A stretch of DNA of 32,160 bases. It comes from Parcubacteria group bacterium (GTDB lineage Bacteria > Patescibacteriota > JABMPQ01). The translations under genes and the position numbers were made by a program. The stretch is taken from the NCBI GenBank assembly GCA_043826745.1, contig JBDRPV010000052.1, positions 1 through 32,160 of the forward strand. The letters run 5' to 3'. Shown here in pieces: positions 1 to 8,403 of the stretch (its first letter is position 1; the number at the start of each line of letters is the position of its first letter). Below the pieces are notes generated by a model that was given only the letters and a program-made list of their open reading frames with translations, was not told where the DNA came from and did not search any database.

Positions 1-346
1 CAGCTTCTACTACCCGAGTGACATCGTCTTCACTAATCTCATTGTCTGCTCGAGAAACAGCAATTACTCCTTTGCTTTTTTGTGAACTGACATGATTTCC
101 TCCTAGGGAAACGATCGCTTGCTCAATCGGAACGCCACTGGTCCGCTCCGCTTTCTCTAAAGCATCAGAAATATTGCTAACAGCCGTCTCGACATCAACA
201 ATAGTGCCCCGACGCATTCCTTCGGAAGAGGCTTCGCCGACACCAATTACGTGAGGAAGCTTACTATCTTCTTTGGCTTCTCCAACGACTACCCGCACTT
301 TGCTTGAGCCAACGTCAATTCCAGTTATGATTGATTCTTTTGCCAT
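1..346 (-). CDS. ftsA: Cell division protein FtsA, N-terminal ~115 aa. The CDS runs off the left edge of the window.
   Basis: Absent from the ORF track because it is truncated. My reverse-strand translation from the ATG at 346-344 gives MAKESIITGIDVGSSKVRVVVGEAKEDSKLPHVIGVGEASSEGMRRGTIVDVETAVSNISDALEKAERTSGVPIEQAIVSLGGNHV... This shows the actin-fold phosphate-1 motif GIDVGSSK and the typical FtsA SxGMRRGxIxD segment. Confidence 0.8.
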   Translation of the reverse strand, partial: MAKESIITGIDVGSSKVRVVVGEAKEDSKLPHVIGVGEASSEGMRRGTIVDVETAVSNISDALEKAERTSGVPIEQAIVSLGGNHVSSQKSKGVIAVSRADNEISEDDVTRVVEA

Positions 347-422
347 TGTCTGTTGAATTATGTGTTACCAGTTACTCGTGCACAGGTAACTGGTGACTGG
401 TAACTCCTTCCATTATATACTG

Positions 423-791
423 TTAGAAAAAAATTTGCCAGACCCGCGGGGCAAAAATCAGCAAACCAACCACGACCGCAGTCACCGAGGCAATCAAAAC
501 CACTCCCGCCTGCATATCCTTAATGCTTTTAGCGTAAGGGTGCATGCGCGGTTTAATGATGTCAACTATTCTTTCTAAGACCGTGTTAACAAGTTCCGTT
601 ATCAATACCAAGGCGATAACAATCACTAAGGCCACAACTTCCCCGACGGAAATTTCAAAATAAACGGCTAACAGAACAATTACTATAGCCAGCAAAAAAT
701 GTATTTTCATATTCTGCTCCTCGCGAACAGCATAAAAAATACCTTTGCCAGCATACTTGAAACTTTTTAACAAGCGTACGAATTTCAACAC
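423..791 (-). CDS. dgkA: Diacylglycerol / undecaprenol kinase family membrane protein (DgkA-like)
   Basis: 122 aa with about 3 TM helices. SFKYAGKGIFYAVREEQN and ELVNTVLERIVD resemble the conserved prokaryotic DAGK segments (compare E. coli EILNSAIEAVVD). The apparent start is GTG, 4 nt after the ybeY stop. Confidence 0.8.
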   Translation of the reverse strand: MLKFVRLLKSFKYAGKGIFYAVREEQNMKIHFLLAIVIVLLAVYFEISVGEVVALVIVIALVLITELVNTVLERIVDIIKPRMHPYAKSIKDMQAGVVLIASVTAVVVGLLIFAPRVWQIFF

Positions 792-796
792 GGGGT

Positions 797-1240
797 TTAG
801 CTATTTAATATTCCAGCTGCCAGTCTTTCCATTTCTCGATATTGCTGATCGGACTTATGATCATAACCTAGCAAGTGTAACAGACCATGCACATATAAGA
901 TTTCCAGCTCTTTAGTTAGACTATGTCCTTTCTCTTGCGCTTGTCGACTGGCAGTGACCTGAGATACAACAATCTCCCCTAAATCCTGACTATTTTGAGT
1001 TGGTGGAAATTCACCAACATCTGTTTCAGACAAAAAAGGAAAAGACAACACGTCAGTGGTTTTATCTTGCTGACGATAACGTCTATTTAATTTTCTAATC
1101 TCCCCATCATCCACTACAGCCAAACTTACTAGATAACTACCAGCTCGCTTCAGAGATATCAACGTTCTCTCCGTTAAACGATTATAGTCTGACTTCGATA
1201 ATATTTTGTATGGATCGCTAATTTCTAGAGTTACTTTCAT
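797..1240 (-). CDS. ybeY: Endoribonuclease YbeY (rRNA maturation factor)
   Basis: Contains the HGLLHLLGYDH zinc-binding motif. I trimmed the start to the internal ATG (MKVTLEIS, cat at 1238-1240), because the longer ORF to 1336 would overlap rpsU. Confidence 0.9.
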   Translation of the reverse strand: MKVTLEISDPYKILSKSDYNRLTERTLISLKRAGSYLVSLAVVDDGEIRKLNRRYRQQDKTTDVLSFPFLSETDVGEFPPTQNSQDLGEIVVSQVTASRQAQEKGHSLTKELEILYVHGLLHLLGYDHKSDQQYREMERLAAGILNS

Positions 1241-1244
1241 GCTC

Positions 1245-1484
1245 TTATCGCCTGAAACCCTTCTTTCTAGTATCAAGCTTACCAATTTTCCGTAAATGCT
1301 CTCTGTTTTGTCTAATTTTCTCTCTGGCCTGAGCATCTTTACGCTTTTGGTTCTTGCTTTTATCTCTTTCGCGAAAACGAATGTCCCGCGCCGTCTGCAG
1401 TAATCCGGTTTGCAACAGTTGCTTCTTAAACCGCCGCAGCATGGCTTCTACTGTCTCTCCCTCTTTCTTTTTAACTTGGACCAC
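1245..1484 (-). CDS. rpsU: 30S ribosomal protein S21
   Basis: 79 aa, very basic, with the S21-like N-terminus VKKKEGETVEAMLRRFKKQ. GTG start preceded by AGGTAGGTGA. Confidence 0.9.
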   Translation of the reverse strand: MVQVKKKEGETVEAMLRRFKKQLLQTGLLQTARDIRFRERDKSKNQKRKDAQAREKIRQNREHLRKIGKLDTRKKGFRR

Positions 1485-1494
1485 AAAACGTCAC

Positions 1495-2868
1495 CTACCT
1501 TTCTTTAGTTTTCTTTTTTAAACCTTTCTTAATTTCATCTACCAACTTACTCATCTTTACTATTTCTTGTACTCCATCGGCCATATCTCTAATTAGAACT
1601 GTGTCTTCAGTTGCTTCCTTTTGACCAATAATTACCACTAATCTCACTCCTAACTTGTTAGCCAACCTCAACTGAGACTTGATACTATCTTTGTGTAAAG
1701 CCTCTCGGACAGATACGCCAACGTCTACTAGTTCACTAAATATACGTAAGCTTTTTTTCTTAGCCAGTTCACCTAACTGAATTAATAGAACGTCAGGACT
1801 TTTACCACCTCTAATATTAACTTCTTTTTCCTGCATACTGGCAATGATTCTTTCCATGCCCAAAGCGACTCCTAAGCCTGGAGTTGGCCTACCACCCAAC
1901 GTTCCCATTAAGCCATCGTAACGCCCGCCTCCGCCCAGTGAAGACTGGGCCGCTTCCTTAGAATCAGCTGGCCAAAATTCGAAAACGGTTCGCGTATAGT
2001 AATCTAACCCCCGCATCAAAGTGGAATTCAAATTGTAAGTTACTTCCACTTCGTCTAAATATTCTAACACTCGCTTGAAATGATCATTACATTCTTCACA
2101 TAAATAATCTACTACCGGGGGCACATTAGCTGACACTGCTCGACATTTGTCTTTTTTACAATCAAGAACGCGGAAAGGGTTACGACGCAACCTTTTTTTA
2201 CAGTCATCACACAATTGCCGTCGCTTACCAGTATAAAAATTTACCAAGGTTTCTTTATAATCTTTACGACATTCGGAACAACCTAGACTGTTGATCTGTA
2301 CTTCAACATTGTCCAAGCCCAATTTCTTGAGAATTCTAGTGGAAATATGGATGACTTCAGCATCTAATATCGGCTGGTCATTGCCTATCGCTTCTAGATT
2401 AAATTGGTGAAATTGTCGGTAGCGGCCGGCTTGTGGTCTTTCGTATCGATACATCGGACCAATGTAATAAAACTTCACCGGCTGAGTTTTATTGTGCATT
2501 CCGTGTTCAATATATGATCTTAAGACACCCGGTGTTCCCTCTGGTCGTAACGTTACTTTTTCCCCTCCCTTGGTAGAAAAAGAAAACATTTCTTTCTGGA
2601 CAATATCTGTCTCTTCCCCTGTGCCCCGTTCAAATAATTCCGTTTTTTCTAAGATTGGCATTTCTACCTTTTGAAAACCGTAAGGCTCCACTTGTTTTTT
2701 AATAATGCTCTGACAATAATTCCAAATCTTCATTTCTTGGGGCAGAATATCCTTAATCCCCTTAACTGCTCGCGGTGCTTCTCCTTTTCTCCGGCTAGTA
2801 ATTCTGGGGGGAGTTTTTTTAGTGGTTCTGGTAGCAGCCTTTTTGGTTTTCTTTTTTGCTTTAGGCAT
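1495..2868 (-). CDS. hisS: Histidine--tRNA ligase with a Lys-rich N-terminal extension
   Basis: 457 aa. Class II motifs LRPEGT, YYIGPMYRYERPQAGRYRQFHQ, RGLDYYTRTVFE and GGGRYDGL are present, followed by a C-terminal anticodon-binding-like region. Confidence 0.95.
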   Translation of the reverse strand: MPKAKKKTKKAATRTTKKTPPRITSRRKGEAPRAVKGIKDILPQEMKIWNYCQSIIKKQVEPYGFQKVEMPILEKTELFERGTGEETDIVQKEMFSFSTKGGEKVTLRPEGTPGVLRSYIEHGMHNKTQPVKFYYIGPMYRYERPQAGRYRQFHQFNLEAIGNDQPILDAEVIHISTRILKKLGLDNVEVQINSLGCSECRKDYKETLVNFYTGKRRQLCDDCKKRLRRNPFRVLDCKKDKCRAVSANVPPVVDYLCEECNDHFKRVLEYLDEVEVTYNLNSTLMRGLDYYTRTVFEFWPADSKEAAQSSLGGGGRYDGLMGTLGGRPTPGLGVALGMERIIASMQEKEVNIRGGKSPDVLLIQLGELAKKKSLRIFSELVDVGVSVREALHKDSIKSQLRLANKLGVRLVVIIGQKEATEDTVLIRDMADGVQEIVKMSKLVDEIKKGLKKKTKER

Positions 2869-2921
2869 GATTTGTTAGGTTATAGATTATAGGTGATAGA
2901 CCAACAAATGTTAGCTGACAA

Positions 2922-3527
2922 TCAATTTCCAATTAATTTATACATTGGCGTCTGTACTGTCCCAACCGCATTCACGGGCCAACCTCGTACCCAGGCTCGA
3001 CCAATAATCTCGTCCGATGCTAGCTCGCCCCACACGCGAGAATCACTACTAGCCGTTCGGTTATCGCCCAAAACAAAATATTCATCACTCCCTAGGGTAG
3101 TATCAACAGTACCCGGAGTTTGAACTTCTTCTATTAAGTAGGCTTCATTAATCTCTATTCCGCTCGGATATTCAGTGTTGTAAACAATTACATCGCCTCC
3201 ATTCACCAGTACTCTTTCGCCGGGCAAGCCAATAATTCTCTTAATATAATACTGGGAAGGATTACGTGGATATTTGAAAACGATTACATCTCCTCTTTGT
3301 GGTTCAGTAAAACGATAACTAACTTCATCAATAATCAAGTAATCGCCAGAGGAGAAGCTAGGTTCCATACTACTACCTCGCACGACAAACGGCTGAATCA
3401 AAAAATAACGAATCGGAACAATAATAGCTAAAGAAATGATTGCTACTTTTAAAATTTCCACAAAAAAATTACCTACCCCGTCGGATGGTTGAATTTCCGC
3501 TTTGCTTTTTCTGAAGAAATATGACAT
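2922..3527 (-). CDS. lepB: Signal peptidase I
   Basis: GSSMEPSF (catalytic Ser box), GDVIVFKYP, YIKRIIGLPGERV (Lys box) and GDNRTASSDSRVWG are present. I set the start at the ATG at 3527 (MSYFFRKSK), because the longer ORF start at 3578 lies inside the predicted promoter. Confidence 0.9.
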   Translation of the reverse strand: MSYFFRKSKAEIQPSDGVGNFFVEILKVAIISLAIIVPIRYFLIQPFVVRGSSMEPSFSSGDYLIIDEVSYRFTEPQRGDVIVFKYPRNPSQYYIKRIIGLPGERVLVNGGDVIVYNTEYPSGIEINEAYLIEEVQTPGTVDTTLGSDEYFVLGDNRTASSDSRVWGELASDEIIGRAWVRGWPVNAVGTVQTPMYKLIGN

Positions 3528-3566
3528 TAAACAAAACCAAACGCCAGTGACACTGGCTTTGTCAGA

Positions 3567-3594
3567 ATTATAACACAAAATATTTCGCTGACAA
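3567..3594 (-). promoter_or_regulatory. Sigma70-like promoter for lepB: TTGTCA-16 nt-TATAAT with TGT extended -10
   Basis: The reverse strand reads TTGTCAgcgaaatattttgtgtTATAAT. It lies about 40 nt upstream of the lepB ATG at 3527. Confidence 0.55.
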
Positions 3595-3600
3595 TACTGT

Positions 3601-3629
3601 TTGACGATAATCGGAAATAATAATACAAT
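3601..3629 (+). promoter_or_regulatory. Sigma70-like promoter for the LCP-der-pth unit: TTGACG-17 nt-TACAAT
   Basis: TTGACG at 3601-3606 and TACAAT at 3624-3629, back to back with the divergent lepB promoter. Confidence 0.55.
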
Positions 3630-3676
3630 TGAGTTATGGTCGCTGCCCAGTAATTGCGGCCCATGTTGTGTTTACA

Positions 3677-5152
3677 ATGAAAAAATTACCACCAACCGAA
3701 AAATCTCCTAAGCTAGATCTTCTCCGTAATCAAGAAGGGCTTGATGTTAAAAGTAAAAAAACAAAGCGGGGCTTTATTGTTTTCGGCAAAATAGCCCTCG
3801 TGTTTTTTATTGTGGCGGCAATCCTCGGCGCTCTTTTTTCTTACAAATTAATGACTGCCAGTAAAAATATATTTTCCGAAAATGAAGATGAATCCATCAT
3901 TCAGCAAATAAAGAAGCTTGTTTTTTCTAAAGACAAATATCTAGCTGGAGAAGAAGAAGGCCGCACTAATATTTTGCTACTCGGTATGGGTGGTGAAGGT
4001 CACCAAGGAGCTTATCTGACTGATACCATCATGATCGTTAGTATTAAGTACAATGGCCAAGACACCGAAAAAGATGTCTCCATGATTTCTATTCCCCGTG
4101 ATCTTTACGTAAAAGTAGCTAACCAAAGTTACTACCGGATTAACTCTCTTTATACTCTGGGTAAAGTTAACCAAGACAAATACGAAAATGATATGGATTT
4201 GGTAACTGATACTATCACCAACATTACTAGTCTCCCGATTCATTACTACATTAGAGCTGACTTCGCTGGTTTCAAAAAAGTCATCGATAGTCTAGGCGGG
4301 ATCGAGGTCTATGTCGATAATAGCTTCTACGATGCTGAATACCCGACAGAGAATTATGGTTATCAAACTGTAGTCTTTAAAAAAGGAACAAGTCAAATGG
4401 ACGGCGATAAGGCTCTAAAATTTGCTCGCTCGCGGCACGGGGTTACTCTGGATGGTGAAGGTAGTGAAGCATCTGATTTCTCCCGCGCCAAACGACAACA
4501 GAAAATATTAGTGGCGGTACGCGACAAGGCGCTTTCCTTAGAAACAATAGTAAACCCGAAAAAAATCAGCGAGGGGATAGAAGCGCTCGGTGACCACGTT
4601 CGAACTAATTTAGAACCATGGGAAACTATGCGCCTGGCTGAAATGGCTCAAGAAGTCAACCGCGAAGAAATTATCAACAAAGTGGTCGACCACGGTGAGA
4701 GTGGTCTCCTCTACTCTACTACTGCCAGCTCCGGAGCTTACGTCTTGTTGCCTAGAGAAGATGACTACTCAGCTATAAAATCTTTCTGCCAAAATATTTT
4801 TGACGTTAAATATTTAAAAAGAGAAAACGCCCGCGTCGAAATTCTCAATGGTACTAGTCAAAGCGGTCTAGCTCAAGATATTGCTGATCAATTATCGGCC
4901 GAAGATTACAACATTGTTAGTATTGGCAACGCCACCGCCTTAACGGATACTCCCGACACAACAATCATTTATACTTTCGGTGAACAAACTAAAGAAGCAA
5001 CCCTGAAAAAATTGAAAGAAAAGTTCGGCGCTAGTAAAATTGAAAAGCTAGATGATCGTTCTAAAATAGTAGATCCCAAAACCACCCGCGATATTACAGT
5101 AGACATCATCATTCTTCTCGGTCCTGACTCTAACTCCCTCGCCAAACAATAA
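3677..5152 (+). CDS. LytR/CpsA/Psr (LCP) family cell-envelope phosphotransferase with a C-terminal LytR_C-like domain
   Basis: N-terminal TM anchor, then LLLGMGGEG..LTDTIMIVSI..ISIPRDLYV..ADFAGFKKVIDSLGGIEV..MDGDKALKFARSRH..SDFSRAKRQQKIL. C-terminal segment is ARVEILNGTSQSGLA. I moved the start to the ATG at 3677, because the track start at 3629 is a TTG inside the promoter. Confidence 0.85.
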   Translation: MKKLPPTEKSPKLDLLRNQEGLDVKSKKTKRGFIVFGKIALVFFIVAAILGALFSYKLMTASKNIFSENEDESIIQQIKKLVFSKDKYLAGEEEGRTNILLLGMGGEGHQGAYLTDTIMIVSIKYNGQDTEKDVSMISIPRDLYVKVANQSYYRINSLYTLGKVNQDKYENDMDLVTDTITNITSLPIHYYIRADFAGFKKVIDSLGGIEVYVDNSFYDAEYPTENYGYQTVVFKKGTSQMDGDKALKFARSRHGVTLDGEGSEASDFSRAKRQQKILVAVRDKALSLETIVNPKKISEGIEALGDHVRTNLEPWETMRLAEMAQEVNREEIINKVVDHGESGLLYSTTASSGAYVLLPREDDYSAIKSFCQNIFDVKYLKRENARVEILNGTSQSGLAQDIADQLSAEDYNIVSIGNATALTDTPDTTIIYTFGEQTKEATLKKLKEKFGASKIEKLDDRSKIVDPKTTRDITVDIIILLGPDSNSLAKQ

Positions 5153-5153
5153 A

Positions 5154-6494
5154 ATGACTGATATATCTCAACCCAGCGTGGTGCTCATTGGACGACCCAA
5201 TACTGGTAAATCAACTTTATTCAACGCTCTAGTTGAACGGAAAAAAGCTATCACCAGCGAGGTGGCCGGAACCACCCGTAATGTTGTCAGTGCTAGTTGT
5301 AGCTGGCAGAGCAAAGAATTCACCCTCATCGACACTGGCGGACTACAAACAAAATCTGTCGATAAAATAGAAGAAGACGTGCAAAAGCAGGTTGAAATCG
5401 CCATGAAGCAGGCTGATGTTATTGTGCTGCTAGCTGATATTAGAACCGGACCAACCGCGCTGGAAATAGATATCTCTAAAATGCTACAAAAGTCAGACAA
5501 ACCAATCGTTCTCGCGGCCAACAAAGCAGATAGCGACCGGTGGAATGAAACGCAAAGTGATTTTATGAAGCTGGGTCTTGGTGAACCACTCCTGGTATCG
5601 GCTATCAAAGGTCGGGGTACGGGAGATTTGCTGGACGCTATCTGTGAACATCTGGTAGCAACCGAGAGGGATGAGAGCGGATCGATTCGTCCTCAAGTTA
5701 AGATCGGCGTCTTCGGCAAGCCCAACGTTGGCAAGTCATCAATGGTGAATGCTATCCTAGAAGAAGAGAAAGTAATTGTCTCCGATATTCCTGGTACCAC
5801 CCGCGATGCTACCGACATTGCCATCAAGGGAAAACGCCATGACTTTGTCCTCGTAGACACGGCCGGCCTTAGGCGGAGAACCAAGATAAAAGACAAAATT
5901 GATCAGTACAGTAATATTGCCAGCCATAAAACTATCAGGGAGATTGACATCGCTTTATTTGTTATCGATGCTAATGAAGAATTGAGCAAGCAGGATATGC
6001 AAATTGCGGCTGAAATAGCCGAAAGTAAAAAAGGCTTAATCATACTCATCAACAAATGGGATTTGATATTAGAGAAAGAAAAGGACAAGCCAGAGGAAGA
6101 CATCATCGCTAAACTTGTAAGGTATTATCGTTTTCGGTTACCATTTCTCTCCTGGGCAACAATGCTATTCACCTCAGCGACAAGTGGTAAAAACATCAAG
6201 CGAATTCTCGGCACCGCTCGCAAAGTATATCAGGAGCGTCAGAGAATAGTGGATCAGGAAGACCTAGACGTCTGGCTAGAAAAAACGGTGACCAAATATC
6301 CACCCCCTAGCTTCCGACAAAAAAAACGTCCGGAAATCACTGAAATCCGTCAGGTAGGTAAAAATCCGCCTTATTTTCTAATAACTGCCAAAGGCAAGCA
6401 GCCAATCAAGCGTCCTTACTTAAAATATTTGGAGAAAGAGCTGCGCCAGGAATTTGGTTTTGCCGGTACATCGCTTACTATTGATATAGAGTAA
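5154..6494 (+). CDS. der: Ribosome-associated GTPase Der/EngA
   Basis: Two tandem G domains (GRPNTGKST/DTGG/NKAD and GKPNVGKSS/DTAG/NKWD) plus a KH-like C-terminus. Confidence 0.95.
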   Translation: MTDISQPSVVLIGRPNTGKSTLFNALVERKKAITSEVAGTTRNVVSASCSWQSKEFTLIDTGGLQTKSVDKIEEDVQKQVEIAMKQADVIVLLADIRTGPTALEIDISKMLQKSDKPIVLAANKADSDRWNETQSDFMKLGLGEPLLVSAIKGRGTGDLLDAICEHLVATERDESGSIRPQVKIGVFGKPNVGKSSMVNAILEEEKVIVSDIPGTTRDATDIAIKGKRHDFVLVDTAGLRRRTKIKDKIDQYSNIASHKTIREIDIALFVIDANEELSKQDMQIAAEIAESKKGLIILINKWDLILEKEKDKPEEDIIAKLVRYYRFRLPFLSWATMLFTSATSGKNIKRILGTARKVYQERQRIVDQEDLDVWLEKTVTKYPPPSFRQKKRPEITEIRQVGKNPPYFLITAKGKQPIKRPYLKYLEKELRQEFGFAGTSLTIDIE

Positions 6495-7045
6495 TGAAAT
6501 TAATTGTCGGCTTGGGTAATCCAGGCGAGGAATACAAAAATACCAGACACAACGCCGGTTTTATGGCGGTTGATTATTTGCAGAAAAAGTTGGGCGAAGC
6601 GGGCGACTTTTCCGATTTTAAGTTTGACAAAAAGGCTAACGCCGAGATTTCGCAAGGACTGATGGGCGAAGAGAAAGTACTACTGATCAAACCACAGACT
6701 TTTATGAATAGTTCGGGGCAGGCCGTGCAGCAATTAGTCAATTTTTATAAGCTTAACCCGGAGCAGGACTTGTTAGTAGTATATGATGATCTGGATTTAC
6801 CGCTAGGAGAAATTAGAACAAGTGGCACTAGTGCTGGTGGTCATAATGGGATGCAATCTATTATGGATATGCTGGGAACAGAGAATATTAAGCGGATACG
6901 GATTGGGATTCAAGGAAAGTTACGAGAAGAAATAGAAGATACGGCCTATTATGTGTTGCAGGATTTTAGTGCGACAGTAATGAAAACATTGAAAAGTTCT
7001 TTCGATAATATTATAGAATCCGTTAAGACGTTCATAAAAAAATAA
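6494..7045 (+). CDS. pth: Peptidyl-tRNA hydrolase
   Basis: 183 aa with GLGNPGEEYKNTRHNAGF and FMNSSGQAV motifs. The start overlaps the der stop (TAATG). Confidence 0.95.
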   Translation: MKLIVGLGNPGEEYKNTRHNAGFMAVDYLQKKLGEAGDFSDFKFDKKANAEISQGLMGEEKVLLIKPQTFMNSSGQAVQQLVNFYKLNPEQDLLVVYDDLDLPLGEIRTSGTSAGGHNGMQSIMDMLGTENIKRIRIGIQGKLREEIEDTAYYVLQDFSATVMKTLKSSFDNIIESVKTFIKK

Positions 7046-7094
7046 ATTAATCAAATACTTGACTTTCCAAACGCATTTGCTAGTCTATAAATTA

Positions 7095-7327
7095 GTAGGT
7101 CTGCAAATACACTGTAGGCCGTTGCGAACCTACTGCGTCAAAAAGTTTTTCAGACGCAGTTCCGTAACTCACTCTGACAGAGTGAGCGAATTGACGCCTT
7201 CCAAAACAAAGGGTTTCCTTTAAAAGGAAATAATATCAATACCTCGAGCTTGAGGTACAAAAGATGCCCTGCCACAGCCTAAATTTATGTATGCTCTTTG
7301 TGAGCTGTGGTCAAAATTTTGGAAGGC
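7095..7327 (+). ncRNA. Candidate structured ncRNA of unknown class, in the 287-bp gap between convergent pth and mltG. Strand is tentative.
   Basis: Six local hairpins: 7095-7101/7128-7134, 7132-7139/7153-7160, 7168-7174/7180-7186, 7214-7230, 7240-7245/7252-7257 and 7271-7277/7304-7310. An 11-bp long-range helix (GCCTTCCAAAA 7196-7206 with TTTTGGAAGGC 7317-7327) encloses the last three and is followed by a T-run (7329-7334). TTGACT at 7059-7064 is a possible -35. Confidence 0.4.
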
Positions 7328-7332
7328 CTTTT

Positions 7333-8400
7333 TTATTTATCCAGATACTTCTCCTTATTCTCCAAATGCTGCTCGGCCGTCTCAGCGAAGATAGCTTCAC
7401 CCGTATCCAACTTAGTGATAAAGAATAAATAGTTATGTTCAGCGGGATTAATAGCCGCCTTAATCGCCTGCAGTCCTGGATTGCCGATCGGTGCCGGCGG
7501 CAAGCCAGCGTTAAGATAAGTATTATAAGGTGAATTCACTCGTGTTTCTTCAAAAGTCGGCTGCGGATCCTTGCCTTTGGTAATGTAAGTAATAGTAGCG
7601 TCTGACTGCAATTTCATATCAATATCTAGACGATTCTGGTAGACGCCAGCTACTTTTTTCATTTCGTCCTCCTCTCGCACCTCCCGCTCCACGATAGCCG
7701 CTAAGTTTACTACCTCAAACACTGTCTTGTTTTGATTTTTAATCTCCGCCAATAAACTATCGCCAACTTTCTTCGCAAAATTATCTAACATTTTCTCAAT
7801 AATCTCCTCGGGCGTAGCATCGCTGTACACCTCATAAGTATCTGGGAATAAATAGCCTTCCAAGGTCGCTCCCTGAGGAGCGTCTTCTAGGAATGAATAA
7901 TCCGGACGATATTTATCTAACTGGCTCGATTCACGGACAAACTCTATTTCAAATTGGCTTCGCACTGCCTCTATATCCTCGCTGCCAGTATAGTGATCAA
8001 CGTGATGTTTAACAAAAGCATCAGCAATATCTTCCCGCGTCCACCCCTCCGGGATCACCACTTGCCTATCCTCCATCGCTCCGGCGATAAGCTTGTCCGC
8101 GATCTCCTGAGCCGACATCGCTGGCGACAAAGTATAAACGCCGGCTTTTAACTTATCTTCACTTTTAATTAGCCAGAGATAAGTATCAATGTAAAAATTG
8201 TCTGGCACTAGTCCCTCTTCTACTAAGCGCGCCGAGACTTGGTTCACTCCATCGCCGGGCTTAACAGTGAATTCCTGTTGACTGCTATTGTCCGGCTTGT
8301 AGGGCATAAAAGTCCGGTAACAAAAAAACGCCAAGAGGCCAACGCCACAGAAAAGCAGTAGGAACACAACCGCAATTATTTTTTTAATAGTCTTAAACAT
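7333..8400 (-). CDS. mltG: Endolytic murein transglycosylase MltG (YceG-like)
   Basis: N-terminal TM, then EGYLFPDTYE, AAIVEREV, GVYQNRL, LQSDATITY and SPYNTYLNAGLPPAPIGNPG. Confidence 0.9.
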   Translation of the reverse strand: MFKTIKKIIAVVFLLLFCGVGLLAFFCYRTFMPYKPDNSSQQEFTVKPGDGVNQVSARLVEEGLVPDNFYIDTYLWLIKSEDKLKAGVYTLSPAMSAQEIADKLIAGAMEDRQVVIPEGWTREDIADAFVKHHVDHYTGSEDIEAVRSQFEIEFVRESSQLDKYRPDYSFLEDAPQGATLEGYLFPDTYEVYSDATPEEIIEKMLDNFAKKVGDSLLAEIKNQNKTVFEVVNLAAIVEREVREEDEMKKVAGVYQNRLDIDMKLQSDATITYITKGKDPQPTFEETRVNSPYNTYLNAGLPPAPIGNPGLQAIKAAINPAEHNYLFFITKLDTGEAIFAETAEQHLENKEKYLDK

Positions 8401-8403
8401 CTT

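Noticed and set aside
367-394. 9-bp hairpin ACCAGTTAC/GTAACTGGT between the dgkA stop and the ftsA start, as a terminator.
   Set aside because: No U-tract follows it on the transcribed (minus) strand, and ftsA starts 21 nt further on. It is at most an intercistronic stem-loop, with too little evidence for a functional call.
1241-1336. Upstream 32 codons of the ybeY ORF, overlapping the 3' end of rpsU.
   Set aside because: The overlap with a conserved ribosomal protein gene is unlikely. The internal ATG at 1240 sits 4 nt after the rpsU stop and gives a normal-length YbeY.
3528-3676. Longer N-terminal versions of lepB (start 3578) and of the LCP gene (TTG at 3629).
   Set aside because: Both extensions overlap the back-to-back divergent promoters at 3567-3594 and 3601-3629. 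Internal ATGs at 3527 and 3677 give typical N-termini followed by the TM anchor.
5168-6106. Four minus-strand ORFs (146, 67, 67 and 67 aa) inside der, plus similar antisense ORFs inside hisS, mltG, manC, ispG, ispE, ispDF, dxr and ispH.
   Set aside because: They are antisense to CDSs with strong motif support and have no independent signals.
7046-7332. Assignment of the pth-mltG structured region to a known RNA class (SRP/4.5S, 6S, RNase P, tmRNA or a riboswitch).
   Set aside because: I could find none of the signature sequences I know: the SRP domain IV GGAA/AGCA motifs, the RNase P GAGGAAAGUCC, or the tmRNA GGGG...CCACCA ends. No gene lies downstream for a riboswitch. It is reported as unknown-class only.
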